Assembly (NCBI GenBank): GCA_963813335.1
Contig: CAWEYL010000007.1
Location: 15,447 to 79,446, forward strand
Origin: an uncultured Chloroflexia bacterium
GTDB taxonomy: Bacteria; Chloroflexota; Limnocylindria; Limnocylindrales; CSP1-4
DNA length: 64,000 nucleotides
Direction: 5' to 3'
Shown here in pieces: positions 39,828 through 51,496 of the stretch. The translations under genes were made by a program, and so were the position numbers. Positions within the stretch are counted from its first letter, which is position 1, and each line of letters opens with the position of its first letter. Below the pieces are notes generated by a model. It made no database searches and was not told the origin of the DNA. It saw nothing but the letters and a program-made list of their open reading frames with translations.

Positions 39828-41462
39828 TCAGCCGGCGAGATCCACGAGCGCGCCTCGGTGGACCAGGTCCGTCGCGGCGGCCAGGTCGGGACCAGGCTCG
39901 CGGTCCTCGTCGAGGTGCGCCACCACCGCCCGGATGCGGGCCAGCGCGTCGCGGACCCCCACCCCCGGCGCCGGCGAATCGGCCGGGGCCAGTCGCAGGT
40001 CGAGCGCCTGCGCCGCCACGAGCGCCTCGATCGCCAGGATCCGCTCGACCCCCTCGAGCACCAGGCCGGCATGTCGTGCGGCCGTCGCGCCCATCGACAC
40101 GTGGTCCTCCTGGTTGGCGCTCGTCGGGATCGAATTGGCCGAGGATGGATGGGCCAGCACCTTGTGCTCCGAGGCCAGGGCCGCCGCCGTGTACTGGTAG
40201 ATCATCATCCCGGAGTCGATCCCGGACGACGCGGCAAGGAACGGCGGCAGCCCGCCGTTGAGCCGCGCATCGACCAGCAGGGCCGTCCGCCGCTCGCTGA
40301 TCGCCCCCAGCTCCGCGAGCGCGAGCTTCGCGAAGTCGAGCGCCAGGGCGATGGGCTCGCCGTGGAAGTTGCCGCCGCTGATGACCCGCCCGCCGCCGGT
40401 CGCGATCGTGTCGGCGTCGGCGACGCCGCCGCCGGGGAAGACCAGCGGGTTGTCGGTCGCCGAGTTCAGCTCGATGTCGAGGACGCGACGGAGGTGGTCG
40501 AGGGCGTCGCGGACCGCGCCGTGGACCTGCGGGACGCAGCGCAGCGAGTACGGGTCCTGCACCTTGTGCGCCGAGGCGTGATGGCTGTGCTGGAGCTCGC
40601 TGTCGCGCAGCAGGTGGCGGAGCTCGGCCGCGACCGCGACCTGACCGGGGTGGGGCCGCGCCAGCTGGTAGGCCGCGGCATACGCGACATCGGTGCCGAG
40701 CAGGGCCTCCACGCTCATGGCGGCGACCACCGACGCCGTCCGCGTCAGGCGATCCGCGTCGGCGAGCAGGAGCGCCCCGATCGCGCCCATCAGCTGGGTG
40801 CCGTTGAGCAGCGCGAGGCCCTCCTTGGCCTGCAGCTCGAGCGGCTCGAGGCCGACCTCGCGGAGGGCGAGGAGCGCGGGCAACGTCGCCCCGCGGAACT
40901 CGACCTGACCCTGGCCGATGATCGGCAGCGCGAGGTGGGCGAGCGGCGCGAGATCGCCCGAGGCGCCGACGCTGCCCTGCTCGGGCACGACCGGGTGGAT
41001 CCCGAGCTCGAGGAACGCGAGCAGGCGATCGACCAGCTCCGGCCGGCAGCCGCTATGGCCGAGGGCCAGGGTATTGGCCCGCAGCAGCAGCATGGCCCGC
41101 ACGATCTCGCGCGGGAACGGCGTCCCGACGCCGGCGGCATGGCTCATCAGCAGACGGCGCTGGAGCTCGGCCGAGCGGGCCGGGTCCACGAACGTGGTCG
41201 CGAGATCGCCGAACCCGGTCGTCACGCCGTAGACGACCGCGCCGTCCGCGACGAGCCTCGCGATGACCGCCCGGGCCTCCGCCATCCGCTCCCGGGCGTG
41301 GACGTCGAGGGCGACCGGCGCCCCGCCGCGTGCCACCGCCTCGACGTCGGCGATGGTCAGGTCGGCGCCGGTCAGCACGACCCGTGGAGGTCGGTCCGTC
41401 GCGCCGCCTCGAGGGGCGCCCCCGCGGTCCGGGGTGAAGTGCGGGACCTCCGGCTCACTCAC
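39828..41462 (-). CDS. hutH: Histidine ammonia-lyase
   Basis: YGVTTGFG, GSVGASGDLAPL (MIO-forming ASG), KEGLALLNGT, QDPYSLRC, NQEDHVSMG. Confidence 0.96.
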   Translation of the reverse strand: MSEPEVPHFTPDRGGAPRGGATDRPPRVVLTGADLTIADVEAVARGGAPVALDVHARERMAEARAVIARLVADGAVVYGVTTGFGDLATTFVDPARSAELQRRLLMSHAAGVGTPFPREIVRAMLLLRANTLALGHSGCRPELVDRLLAFLELGIHPVVPEQGSVGASGDLAPLAHLALPIIGQGQVEFRGATLPALLALREVGLEPLELQAKEGLALLNGTQLMGAIGALLLADADRLTRTASVVAAMSVEALLGTDVAYAAAYQLARPHPGQVAVAAELRHLLRDSELQHSHHASAHKVQDPYSLRCVPQVHGAVRDALDHLRRVLDIELNSATDNPLVFPGGGVADADTIATGGGRVISGGNFHGEPIALALDFAKLALAELGAISERRTALLVDARLNGGLPPFLAASSGIDSGMMIYQYTAAALASEHKVLAHPSSANSIPTSANQEDHVSMGATAARHAGLVLEGVERILAIEALVAAQALDLRLAPADSPAPGVGVRDALARIRAVVAHLDEDREPGPDLAAATDLVHRGALVDLAG

Positions 41463-41523
41463 CGTTGCGAGGATAGTCGGGTATCCTCCGGGCCGTCCGC
41501 CTCCCCGTCACCCAGAGGGCCGC

Positions 41524-42210
41524 GTGCTCGCGTTCATCGACCAGATCGTCATCCCGTTCCTGAACAGCCTGTACGGCGCCGTCGGCTACGTCGGCGTGAT
41601 GCTGGCGATGGCCATCGAGTCGGCGATGATCCCGCTCCCCTCGGAGCTGATCCTCCCGTACGCGGGGTTCCTGGTCTCGGACCCGAGCCAGCTCGAACCG
41701 CTGACCGGATCGCCGTGGAACTTCTGGATCGTGGTGGTGTTCGCCACGATCGGGAACACGCTCGGCTCGCTGATCGCCTACGCCATCGGCGCGTACGGCG
41801 GCCGCCCGTTCCTCGAGCGCTACGGCAAGTACCTCCTGATCCGCCAGCACGAGATCGACCTCGCGGACCGGTTCTTCCAGGAGCACGGCAACGCGACGGT
41901 GTTCATCGGCCGGCTGCTGCCGATCGTCCGGACCTTCATCAGCTTCCCGGCCGGCGTGGCCCGGATGCGGCTCGGGCCGTTCATCCTCTACTCGACCGCC
42001 GGGGCGTTCCTGTGGTCGGCGCTGCTCGTCTATGCGGGCACCGTGCTGGGCGCCAACTGGGCGGACATCCGCCACGCCCTGCAGCCGTTCGACCTCCTGA
42101 TCGCGGTCGCGGTGGTCGGGGCGATCGTCCTGTTCGTCTGGTGGCGCCTGGGGACACCTGGCAGGCCGGGGCGCTCCGCCTCCGACGAGCCGCCGACGAC
42201 CGCCGCCTGA
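41524..42210 (+). CDS. DedA family membrane protein
   Basis: ESAMIPLPSELILP, GRLLPIVRTFISFPAG. Confidence 0.92.
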   Translation: MLAFIDQIVIPFLNSLYGAVGYVGVMLAMAIESAMIPLPSELILPYAGFLVSDPSQLEPLTGSPWNFWIVVVFATIGNTLGSLIAYAIGAYGGRPFLERYGKYLLIRQHEIDLADRFFQEHGNATVFIGRLLPIVRTFISFPAGVARMRLGPFILYSTAGAFLWSALLVYAGTVLGANWADIRHALQPFDLLIAVAVVGAIVLFVWWRLGTPGRPGRSASDEPPTTAA

Positions 42211-42229
42211 GCGGGGTCCGAGCCGGAGA

Positions 42230-43511
42230 TCAGGTGCGGGTCGCCCGCTCCTCCGGCGGCCGGACGTGCCGGAACTCGCGGTAGAGCAGCAGGTCGTACA
42301 CGATCTTGCATCCGCCGGCGAGGTAGAACGGCAGGGCCGCGTAGCCGGCGCTCGCCATCAGGACCGAGGAGAACGACGGGGAGATCGCGGCCCCGGTCGT
42401 GCGGGCCACGCCGGTCACCCCCGCGGCCGCGGACCGCTCGTCCGGATCCACGACCGCCATCACGTACGACTGGCGGGTCGGCACGTCCATCTGGCTGAGC
42501 ACGAAGCGAAGCAGCAGGACCGCCGACTGCGAGCGGCAACGTCGGCATCAGCGGCACGAGGATCAGCAGGACGTTGGACGGCAGGTGGGTGAAGACCATC
42601 GTGTTGATCAGGCCGAACCGGGCGGCGATCCGGGCGGCCGACAGCGACGACACCGCGGCCAGGAGGTTGGCGGCGAAGAAGATGAGCCCCGAGCGCCCCG
42701 GGATCGACGCCGAACTGTGTGTGGAACCAGAAGGCCATGAGGCTCTGCGGGATGAACCCGCCGCCGAAGGCGTCGAGGCTGAACAGCAGCGACGAGCCGC
42801 AGGACGATGCCCTTCGACCGGCCGAGGCCGAGGCGGCGCCGGATCCCGTCGGTGGCGGTCGCCCGGGGCGGCGCCTCGATGGTCGGCCCGAGGCGCGAGA
42901 ACCCGAGCGCCATCGCGGCCCCGAAGACCGCGTAGCCGATCACGATGGCGCGGTAGGCATCGACCGGCGGGGCACCGCGATCGAGCAGCACCTGGCTCAG
43001 GAGCCCGGCGCCGAGCGCTCCGGTCGCCGTGGCCACGTATCCGGCCAGGTTGTACCAGGCGAAGGTCGCCGTCCGGCGGCCGTCGGGGACGGTCTGCGAC
43101 AGCGACGCCTGCTCGACGGCGAGGAACGGCCCGACCTCGTTGCCGGTCGGCGAGATGACCCCGATCGTCGCGGCGAGGATCAGCAGCGGCACCCAGTCGG
43201 TGGCCGCGAACACGATCCCGGCGACCACCATCAGCAGTGCTCCGCCGACGAGGATGCGGCGCCGGCCGAAGTGGTCGGCGTTGGTCGTGAGCCAGAGCGA
43301 GATGACCGTGTCGCCGATGAGCGTCAGCGTCAGCACGATCCCGACCGTGATGGCGTCGAGTCCCATGGCGTCGAGGTACAGCACCAGGACCACGGCGAGG
43401 AAGCCGTAGCGCGAACATCCGCAGCGTCCGCATCAGGAACAGCAGCCGGGCGTCGCGGTCCAGCGCGAGGAGGCTGGGGATCAGCCCGGGGTCCGGCGAC
43501 GTGGCGGTCAC
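42230..43511 (-). CDS. MFS transporter (about four +1 frameshifts)
   Basis: [39 protein letters not shown] spread over successive frames. Confidence 0.8.
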
Positions 43512-43582
43512 GCCGGGAGTCTACGGGCCGGGCGATGGCGTCCGCCGTCTGCGATGATGCCGCCGGAGGTCCAGACCAGACG

Positions 43583-43819
43583 ATGAGCCACGATCCTCAC
43601 GCCGACGACGAGCCGGGCCACGCCGGATCCGCGGGCCTGCATCACGCCGCGGACGACCATGGCGACGACGGCGAGCACGACGACCACGCCCATGCCGAAG
43701 AGCCGCTCGGCCCGCTCGACCTCAAGGCGTGGGGCGCCGGCCTCCTCGGCGTCGCAGTCGCGGCGGTGATCGTCGCCTGCTTCGCCCTCTCGACGGGAGT
43801 GCTCGGCACCGTCTCCTAG
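43583..43819 (+). CDS. Small His/Asp-rich single-TM protein
   Basis: [36 protein letters not shown] plus TM. Confidence 0.65.
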   Translation: MSHDPHADDEPGHAGSAGLHHAADDHGDDGEHDDHAHAEEPLGPLDLKAWGAGLLGVAVAAVIVACFALSTGVLGTVS

Positions 43820-45523
43820 AAGAGCCCGACCACGTTCCCCTGGGCGTCGATGTCGATCTTCGTGCCGCCCGGTACGGACGGCAGCCCCGGCATCGTCCGC
43901 ATCTCGCCGCAGATCGGCGTGACGAACCCGGCGCCGGCCGACAGCCGGAGCTCGCGGATCGGCACGGTGAACCCGGTCGGGCGGCCCTTGAGCGCGGCGT
44001 CGTGGCTCAGCGAGTACTGCGTCTTGGCCATGCAGATCGGCAGGTGGCCGTAGCCCAGGTCCTCGAACTGCTTGAGCGACTTGCGCGCCGCGGGGAGGAA
44101 CTCGACGCCGGCGCCGCCGTAGATCCGCGTGACGATCGTCTCGATCTTCTCGGCCAGCGGCATCTCGTCGGGGTAGAGCAGCTTGAACCCGGCGCCGGCG
44201 TCCTCGGTCGCCGCCCAGACGGCCTCGGCCAGGTCGGTCGCGCCCGCGCCGCCGTCGACGAAGTGCGTGGCGACCACCGCGTCCCGGGCTCCGGCCGCCA
44301 GGGCGACCTCGCGGATGGCCTCGACCTCGGCGGGGGTGTCCTGCGGGAACGCGTTGATCGCGACGACCGCCGGGATCCCGTAGATGGTCACGTTCTCGAT
44401 CTGCTTCGCCAGGTTCTGCGGCGCCGGCCCGGACCGCCTCGACGTTCTCCTCGAGGAGCGCCGGGTCGAGCGGCTTGCCGGCCACGATCTTGCCGACGCC
44501 GCCGTGCATCTTGAGCGCCCGGACCGTGGCGACCACGACGGCCGCCGACGGCACCAGCCCCGACGCGCGGCACTTGATGTCGAAGAACTTCTCGGCGCCC
44601 ATGTCCGCGCCGAAGCCCGCCTCGGTGCAGACGATGTCGTTGGTCACCAGCGCGATGCGGTCGGCGATGATCGAGTTGTTGCCGTGGGCGATGTTGGCGA
44701 ACGGTCCCGCGTGGACGAAGGCCGGCCCACCTTCGAGCGTCTGGAGCAGGTTGGGCTTGATGGCGTCGCGCAGGAGGACCGTCATCGAGCCGGCCACGCC
44801 CAGGTCCTCGGCGGTGACCGCCGTCCCGTCCGGGCGCGTCGCCAGCACGATCCGACCGAGCCGCGCGCGCAGGTCGAACAGGTCGGTGGCCAGCGCCAGC
44901 ACCGCCATCACCTCGGAGCCGACGGTGATGACGAACTCCGTCTCGCGCGGGACGCCGTCCTCGCGACCGCCGAGCCCGATGACCGTGTGGCGCAGGGCGC
45001 GGTCGCTGATGTCGACGACCCGCGGCCACAGGACGCCGTGCGGGTCGATGCCCAGCGGGTTCTTGTGGTGGAGGCTGTTGTCGATGAAGGCGCCGGCGAG
45101 GTTGTGGGCCGCGCCGATGGCATGGACGTCGCCGGTCAGGTGGAGGTTGAAGTCCTCCATCGGGATGACCTGGCTGTAGCCGCCGCCGGCGGCGCCGCCC
45201 TTGATGCCGAAGACCGGCCCGAGCGACGGCTGGCGGATGTTGACCGAGGCCTTGTGGCCGATCCTGTTCAGGCCCTGGGCGAGCCCGACCGTCGTCGTCG
45301 ACTTGCCCTCGCCGAGCGGGGTCGGGGTGATCGCCGTCACCACCACGTACCGGCCGCGCGGGCGCTCCGCCTCCAGTCGCGTGATGGCCTCGAGCGTGAT
45401 CTTGGCCTTGGTCGGACCGTAGAGCTCCAGCTCGTCGTCCCGGATGCCCAGCCCCGCGGCGATCTCGCCGATCGGGCGCGGCGTGACGGCACGGGCGATC
45501 TCCAGGTCGGACGGGAAGCTCAT
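43816..45523 (-). CDS. fhs: Formate--tetrahydrofolate ligase (+1 frameshift ~44419)
   Basis: [45 protein letters not shown]. Confidence 0.95.
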
Positions 45524-46449
45524 CGATCTCCTCCGGGGGTGACGGGGCGTGAGGCAGCCGAGGTCGGCGCCGCGGGCGGGCGAGCCGGCTGGCGCTCGGC
45601 GGCGCGGATCAGGTGGGTCAGCAGGATCGCGTTGGTCAGCGGCCCGACGCCGCCCGGCACGGGTGTGATGGCCGAGGCGACGGTGACCGCCGATGCGAAG
45701 TCGACGTCGCCGACGATCCGCCCCTCGACGACGTTGATCCCGACGTCGACGACGACGGCACCAGGCTTCAGCATCGCGCCCGTGACCAGGCCGGGACGTC
45801 CGGCGGCGACGACCACGATGTCGGCGCGGGCGACGTGGCCGGCGAGGTCGCGCGTCCGCGAGTGGCAGACCGTCACCGTGGCGTCCTCCTTGACGAGCAG
45901 GAACGCCGCTGGCATCCCGACGACCGCGGAGCGGCCGATCACGACCGCGTCGCGGCCCTCGATCTCGATCCCGGACCGCCGCAGGATCTCGACCGCGGCG
46001 TGGGCGGTGGCCGGCAGGAACCCGTCGTAGCCGAGCCGGAGCAGGCCGGCATTCAGCGGGTGGATCCCGTCGATGTCCTTGGCCGGGTCGATGGCGTCGA
46101 TGACGGCGCGCAGTCGGATGGTCGGCGGGAGCGGCATCTGGACGATGAGGCCGTCGACGAGGGGGTCGTCGTTGAGGCCCCGGACGGCTGCCGTCACGCG
46201 CCCCTCGGTCGCCTCGCCATCGAGCTCGACGAACCCGGCATCGATCCCGACCTTGGCGCAGCCGCGGAGGATGCGCTCGAGGTAGACCATCGACGGGGCG
46301 TCCTTGCCGACGATCAGGACGCGCAGGCCGGGCGGGCGGCCGCGGGTGTCGCGGAACCGGGCGACGTCCTCGGCCACCGCGAGCCGGATCTCGTCGGCGA
46401 TCGGTCCGCCCTCGAGGAGCCGGGCCCCTCCCGGAGCTGGCGTGGTCAC
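45520..46449 (-). CDS. folD: Methylene-THF dehydrogenase/cyclohydrolase
   Basis: [37 protein letters not shown]. Confidence 0.95.
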   Translation of the reverse strand: MTTPAPGGARLLEGGPIADEIRLAVAEDVARFRDTRGRPPGLRVLIVGKDAPSMVYLERILRGCAKVGIDAGFVELDGEATEGRVTAAVRGLNDDPLVDGLIVQMPLPPTIRLRAVIDAIDPAKDIDGIHPLNAGLLRLGYDGFLPATAHAAVEILRRSGIEIEGRDAVVIGRSAVVGMPAAFLLVKEDATVTVCHSRTRDLAGHVARADIVVVAAGRPGLVTGAMLKPGAVVVDVGINVVEGRIVGDVDFASAVTVASAITPVPGGVGPLTNAILLTHLIRAAERQPARPPAAPTSAASRPVTPGGDR

Positions 46450-47120
46450 CCCTCCCGGGCCGCGATGGGGTCGCGCGGCTCGCCGCTCCCGACCGTTTCC
46501 CGGGTGGCCGCGGCCAGCCGCTCCACCTCGTGGAGGAGGGTGTCGACGCGCGCGGTCATCTCGCCCTCGAACGACGGGTCGCCGACGGACGGCAGGTTGA
46601 TCAGCACGTTCGCCGCGGCGCCGCGAGCCGCCGCCTCGGCGAGGAGCGAGGCGACCGCCAGGTCACTCGAAGCGTTGACGTTGCTTCGTCCGGCCAGCGC
46701 CTCGGACGCCCCGACCAGCTCGACACAGGCCTCGACGCAGGCGAGCGGGACCAGCGACGCCTCGCGGGCGGCCGCCTGGAGCGCGGCCGAGCGGGCAGCC
46801 TTCTCGTCGTCGGTCTCGCGGGGGAGCTTCATCGCTGCGGAGAAGCCGGCATACGCCTGCGCGTCCTCGTCGGCGAGGGTCAGGAACCGGTCGACGAGCG
46901 CCGTCCCGGTGGCGTTGGCCCAGGCCAGGAGGTCGGCGTGCTGCTCGTACTTCGGCCGGCCCGCGGAAAGGGACGCCACCATCGCCACGAGCCCGGCCCC
47001 GAGGCTGGCGGCCACGGCCGAGGCGCTGCCGCCGCCTGGTACGGGCTCGGCCGAGGCCAGGGCCCCGACGAAGCCGTCGAGCGTCAGGTCGCGGAAGCGG
47101 CTGGATCCCGAAGTCGGCAC
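46446..47120 (-). CDS. Formiminotetrahydrofolate cyclodeaminase family protein
   Basis: [25 protein letters not shown]. Confidence 0.9.
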   Translation of the reverse strand: MPTSGSSRFRDLTLDGFVGALASAEPVPGGGSASAVAASLGAGLVAMVASLSAGRPKYEQHADLLAWANATGTALVDRFLTLADEDAQAYAGFSAAMKLPRETDDEKAARSAALQAAAREASLVPLACVEACVELVGASEALAGRSNVNASSDLAVASLLAEAAARGAAANVLINLPSVGDPSFEGEMTARVDTLLHEVERLAAATRETVGSGEPRDPIAAREG

Positions 47121-47319
47121 CGGGCGATTGTAGGTCTCGCGGCCACGCGCGGCGGGACATGGACCGAGGGGCGAGGCACCGCCATGGGGGTGCGAGGTCC
47201 GCCTCGGGCATCGGAACGGGGCGGGCGCGGTACCGGCGCGCCCGCCCCGCGACCGACGTTGCCGCCGTGCGGGGGAGGGATCCGACGGCGGCGCGACAGA
47301 AGGCGAGTAGCGGCGGCGA

Positions 47320-47589
47320 TCAGGCCGCGCGACGCTCCCGGTCGAAGCCGGTGACGGTCCATCGGCGCGACCGGTGGTGGAAGGTCAGGGACAGCCGGGC
47401 GCCTGGGGTCTCGACTTCGAAGAAGGTCCGCGGGCCGGTCACGACCGGATAGGCGGCCGCTTCCTCGCGGATCGCGGCCAGTCGCGTGACGGGCAACCGC
47501 TGATCACCCCAGGTGACCTCGCGGGGTCGTCCGTCGAACCAGTTCGTGCGGACGTGGACGGGGACCGGATCGACACGGGTGAAAGCCAT
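47320..47589 (-). CDS. Small hypothetical protein under LexA control
   Basis: AAAGGAG RBS, 89 aa, [17 protein letters not shown]; two LexA boxes upstream. Confidence 0.75.
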   Translation of the reverse strand: MAFTRVDPVPVHVRTNWFDGRPREVTWGDQRLPVTRLAAIREEAAAYPVVTGPRTFFEVETPGARLSLTFHHRSRRWTVTGFDRERRAA

Positions 47590-47645
47590 CGGGATGGCTC
47601 CTTTCGAGGGGGCGCTGGGTCGTCGTCCGGGGCACTCGTCCGACA

Positions 47646-47657
47646 GAACGTCTGTTC
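47646..47657. promoter_or_regulatory. LexA (SOS) box
   Basis: GAAC-GTCT-GTTC. Confidence 0.75.
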
Positions 47658-47670
47658 GATTGCTGGTCGG

Positions 47671-47700
47671 ACACTAGACCGAACAGGTGTTCGATGTCAA
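47671..47700 (-). promoter_or_regulatory. Sigma70 promoter with LexA box in the spacer
   Basis: TTGACA-tCGAACACCTGTTCGgtc-TAGTGT on minus strand. Confidence 0.85.
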
Positions 47701-49004
47701 GCGTCGTCGGGCGGAATGTCGTCGAGGTCCGTGACAGCTAGCGTGTCACGGCGTCCTGGCGCGTCGGCACCCTCGTCCGGGTCGGTCGGCATGCCCCTGG
47801 CCCGGCGGTCCAGCGGGTTCCGCGGGTCGCGCTCGAACGGGGCCGGCAGGCCCGCTCCGAGCAGCCGCGCCCGGGTGACGGCGTCCTCGCCGTAGCGGCG
47901 ACGCACGGCATCGGCGGCCTCCACCGCCCGTCGCCGTCGCGGATCGTCGACGCTGAACAGCCCGAGCTGCTCCCGGTCCCCCAGGTTCGACGCCGTCACT
48001 CCGAGGAGCCGGACGCGGATCCCGCGGACCTCCGGCAACGTGAGCTCCAGCGCCACGCGGTAGATGGTCTCGGTCATGTCGGTCGGGTCGGCGAGGGTCC
48101 GCTGCCTGGTGATCGTCCGGAACGACGAGTCGCGGATCTTGACCGCGACCGTGCCGGCCCGCGTCCCCGACGAGCGCAGGCGCGCGGCGACGCCGTCGGC
48201 CATCGCGAGCAGGGTGCGCTCGATGACCTCGCGGTCACTGGTGTCGACATCGAACGTGTGCTCGTGCCCGACCGACTTCGCCGGGTCGCCGTCGTGGACC
48301 GGGTCCGGGTCGATGCCGCGCGCCCGGTCGACGAGCGATGCGCCGTGCTTCCCGAACCGGCGGACCACGAGGTCGGGGGCGAGGCCCGCCAGGTCGCCGA
48401 TCGTCCGAACGCCGTACTCGGCCAGCGACGCCCCGGTCCGCTCGCCGACGCCCCATAGTCGCGAGATGGGCAGCGGCGCCAGGAAGGCCGCCTCCTCGCC
48501 CGGCGGCACGACCACCAGCCCGTCCGGCTTGCGCAGGTCCGAGGCGATCTTGGCCACCAGCTTGGTCGTCGCGACGCCGACCGAGGCAGTCAGCCCGACC
48601 TCGTCGCGCACGCGCTCCTTGATCGACCGCGCGATCGTCGGCCCGTCGCCGAACAGCTCGAACGAGCCGGTCACGTCGAGGAACGCCTCGTCGATCGAGA
48701 TGGGCTCGACCAGCGGCGTGTACCCGCGCAGCACCGCCATCACGTCGCGGCTGGCCTGCTGGTAGCGGCGTCCATCGACCGGCAGGTACACCCCGTCCGG
48801 GCAGCGGCGGACCGCCTCGCGCAGGGACATCGCGGAGTGGACGCCGAACTTGCGCGCCTCGTAGCTTGCCGCCGACACCACGCCGCGGCTTCCTGGATCC
48901 CCGCCCACGATGACCGGCCGACCGCGCAGCTCCGGGTGGTCGCGCTGCTCGACGGCCGCGAAGAAGGCATCGAGGTCGACGTGGAGGATCGTCCGGTGGG
49001 TCAC
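47697..49004 (-). CDS. dinB: DNA polymerase IV
   Basis: ILHVDLDAFFAAVE, SYEARKFGV, SIDEAFLD, KIASDLRKPDG. Confidence 0.95.
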   Translation of the reverse strand: MTHRTILHVDLDAFFAAVEQRDHPELRGRPVIVGGDPGSRGVVSAASYEARKFGVHSAMSLREAVRRCPDGVYLPVDGRRYQQASRDVMAVLRGYTPLVEPISIDEAFLDVTGSFELFGDGPTIARSIKERVRDEVGLTASVGVATTKLVAKIASDLRKPDGLVVVPPGEEAAFLAPLPISRLWGVGERTGASLAEYGVRTIGDLAGLAPDLVVRRFGKHGASLVDRARGIDPDPVHDGDPAKSVGHEHTFDVDTSDREVIERTLLAMADGVAARLRSSGTRAGTVAVKIRDSSFRTITRQRTLADPTDMTETIYRVALELTLPEVRGIRVRLLGVTASNLGDREQLGLFSVDDPRRRRAVEAADAVRRRYGEDAVTRARLLGAGLPAPFERDPRNPLDRRARGMPTDPDEGADAPGRRDTLAVTDLDDIPPDDA

Positions 49005-49043
49005 GCTCGGTATCATCGACCCGCTGTGGAAGCCCCCACCTCG

Positions 49044-51025
49044 ATGGCGTCCGACCGCGGTCTCCTCGCCCTCGGCGTCGGGGTCGTCGCGGGCGTCGTC
49101 CTCGTCTGGATCCTGCCGCTCGCCGGGCTGGCCCTGGTGTGGCCGATCCTGTTCGCCGTCCCCGGCTGGATCCTCGTCCGACGGGTCGCCCCGGACCTGC
49201 CGGCGCCGGGCGCGGTCGGTGTCGCCGTCGTCAGCAGCGTCTACCTGTCGGCCCACCTCGTGGACGTCGTGGCGCGGGTCATCGGCTTCGGCCGCCCCGC
49301 GGTCCTCGTCTCCGCCGTCATCCTGGTCCTCGCCTCCGCCCTGGTCGCCCGGATCCGTCACCCGTGGCTGGCGCCGCTCGCCCGTCCGACGCGGGCCGCG
49401 GTCACCGCCTCGCTGCGGGCGGACTGCCGCGATCTGGCTGATCGCCGCCGTCGTCTCGGCGCTGGTCGGCGTTCGTGCTGTTCGCCAACGGCTGGCGAGC
49501 CGCGGACGACGGCTGGATCTCCGGCGGCTGGAACTGGAGCGATCTGCTCGTCCATGTCGCGATCGGCTCGAGCATCCTCCACGGCAACTTCCCGCCGGAG
49601 GTCCCCTACTTCGCCGGCGAGCCGCTGACCTACCACTGGTTCGCGGACTTCCACGGCGCGATCGCGTCGAGCGCGAGCGGGGTCGACCTCATCCCGGTCT
49701 ACTTCGCGACGAGCGCGCTGTTCGCCGCCGTGCTGGCGCTGCTCGTCTGGGCGCTGGCGCTGCGCCTGACCGGCGCGCGACGGGTGGCCCTCATCGCGAC
49801 CGTCCTCGTCTGCGTGGGCGGCGGCATGGGCTGGCTGCGGCTCCTCGGCGACCTCATCGCCGGCGGTCCGGGCACCGATATCGGGACCCTGCTCACGCAG
49901 AATCCGTACGACAACTCGTGGGCCGACGGGTGGCCGTTCTTCCGCATCGCGTCGGTGCTGGGGACCGGTTTCCTGCCGCACCGGGCGACCACGCTGGGGC
50001 TGCCGGGACTCGTCGCGGTCGTGCTGCTCGTCGCGACCTGCCTCGACCGCCGCCCGGCGGGCGTCCTCCTCGCCGGGGTGCTGGCCGCGCTGCTCGCGCC
50101 GTTCCAGTTCTACGCCTTCCCGGCCACCTACCTGATCGTGCTGCTGTACGTCCTGACGACGGGCGCGTGGCGGCGCCGCAGCGCGTGGCGCGATGCCCTG
50201 CTCTTCCTCGGGCCGATCGTCCTTGCCATCCCGTTCATCGCCGACGCCGTCGTCCAGCAGCGCGACGTCGGGGCGTTCAAGTTCGTCGCGGGCTGGAGCG
50301 AGGCGCGCTTCGAGCAGGGGCCGCTGGCGGTGCTCTTCTTCTACGCCACCAACCTCGGCCTCCCGTTCGCGCTGGCGATCGTCTCGGCGGCGACGTCACG
50401 CGGCCTCGGGTCGCGCCGCTTCCTCGTCGCCTGGATGGTCGCCCTGTTCGTCATCCCCAACGTCGTGCGGGTCAGCGCCGTCGACTTCGACATGAACAAG
50501 TACTTCCAGATCATGTGGATCGCGGTCGCGATCCTGGCGGCGTGGCTGATCCGACACTGGCCGCGCCTGGCGATCGCCGGGGTGCTGGCGGTCTCGGCGA
50601 TCTCGCCGGGGCTCATCCTCGTCTGGCATCTGATCAACCCGGCCGTGACCATGAGCCTCGGCCAGGAGGCGGCCGGCCGCTGGATCGAGGCGAACACGCC
50701 GGAGCGGAGCGTGTTCGTGACCGATGCCTACATCAACAGCCCGGTGGATCTCGCCGGACGGCTGCGCATCACGACGTTCGGGCCGTATGTCTCGAACCTC
50801 GGCTACGACCCGGCAGCGCGCGAAGCGGACGTCCAGACCGCCTACTGCGACGGGCCGGACGCCGCCGCCGAGGTCATGGCGAGATACGGGGCGACCTACG
50901 TGCTGTCGAGCGGCGGCGTGCTCGATTGCGCGGATGGCACGGTGACCGACTTCGGCTCGAGCGACCGCTTCGAGGAGGTCTACGGCCAGGACGGGGTCTT
51001 CGTCTGGCACCTGCTCGGGTCGTGA
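49044..51025 (+). CDS. Large polytopic membrane protein, possibly GT-C glycosyltransferase (two +1 frameshifts ~49425-49475)
   Basis: WSDLLVH..GNFPPEVPYFAGEPLTYHW, many TMs, C-terminal RYGATYV. Confidence 0.7.
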
Positions 51026-51049
51026 CGACCGGGGCGCAGGCGCCGCGGG

Positions 51050-51496
51050 TCAGCCCTTGGGCTCGACGACGACCGTGACCTCCGGCGTGAGCCCGGCGAG
51101 GACCTTGATCGCGACCTTGTAGGTGCCCAGCGACTTGAGCGGCTCCTCGAGGTCGATCTTGTGCTTGTCGACGTCGATGCCGCGACGCGCCAGGGCGTCG
51201 GCGATGTCCTTCGTGGTGATCGAGCCGTAGAGCTTGCCCGCGTCGCCGACCTTCACGCCCAGGGTCAGGGTCGTGCTCGCGATCCGCGTCGCCGCGATCT
51301 CGGCGTCCTCGCGCTCGCGCTTGCGCTTGTCCTCGCGGCTGGCGACGTCATGCTGCCACGCTCGATAGGCCCCGCCGGCGGCCGGGACCGCGAGCTGGTT
51401 GGGGATGAGGAAGTTCGACGCGTAGCCGTCGGCCACGGTCTTCATCTCCCCGCTCTTGCCGAGCTTGGGCACGTCCTTCGTGAGAATGACCTTCAC
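51050..51496 (-). CDS. rplI: 50S ribosomal protein L9
   Basis: MKVIL.KDV..LG..G..VADGYA.NFLIP, GKLYGSIT. Confidence 0.97.
   Translation of the reverse strand: MKVILTKDVPKLGKSGEMKTVADGYASNFLIPNQLAVPAAGGAYRAWQHDVASREDKRKREREDAEIAATRIASTTLTLGVKVGDAGKLYGSITTKDIADALARRGIDVDKHKIDLEEPLKSLGTYKVAIKVLAGLTPEVTVVVEPKG

Noticed and set aside
47121-47319. Possible ZTP or THF riboswitch ahead of cyclodeaminase-folD-fhs
   Set aside because: No consensus motif recognised, and TACAAT sits 6 nt before the start codon, implying a leaderless transcript
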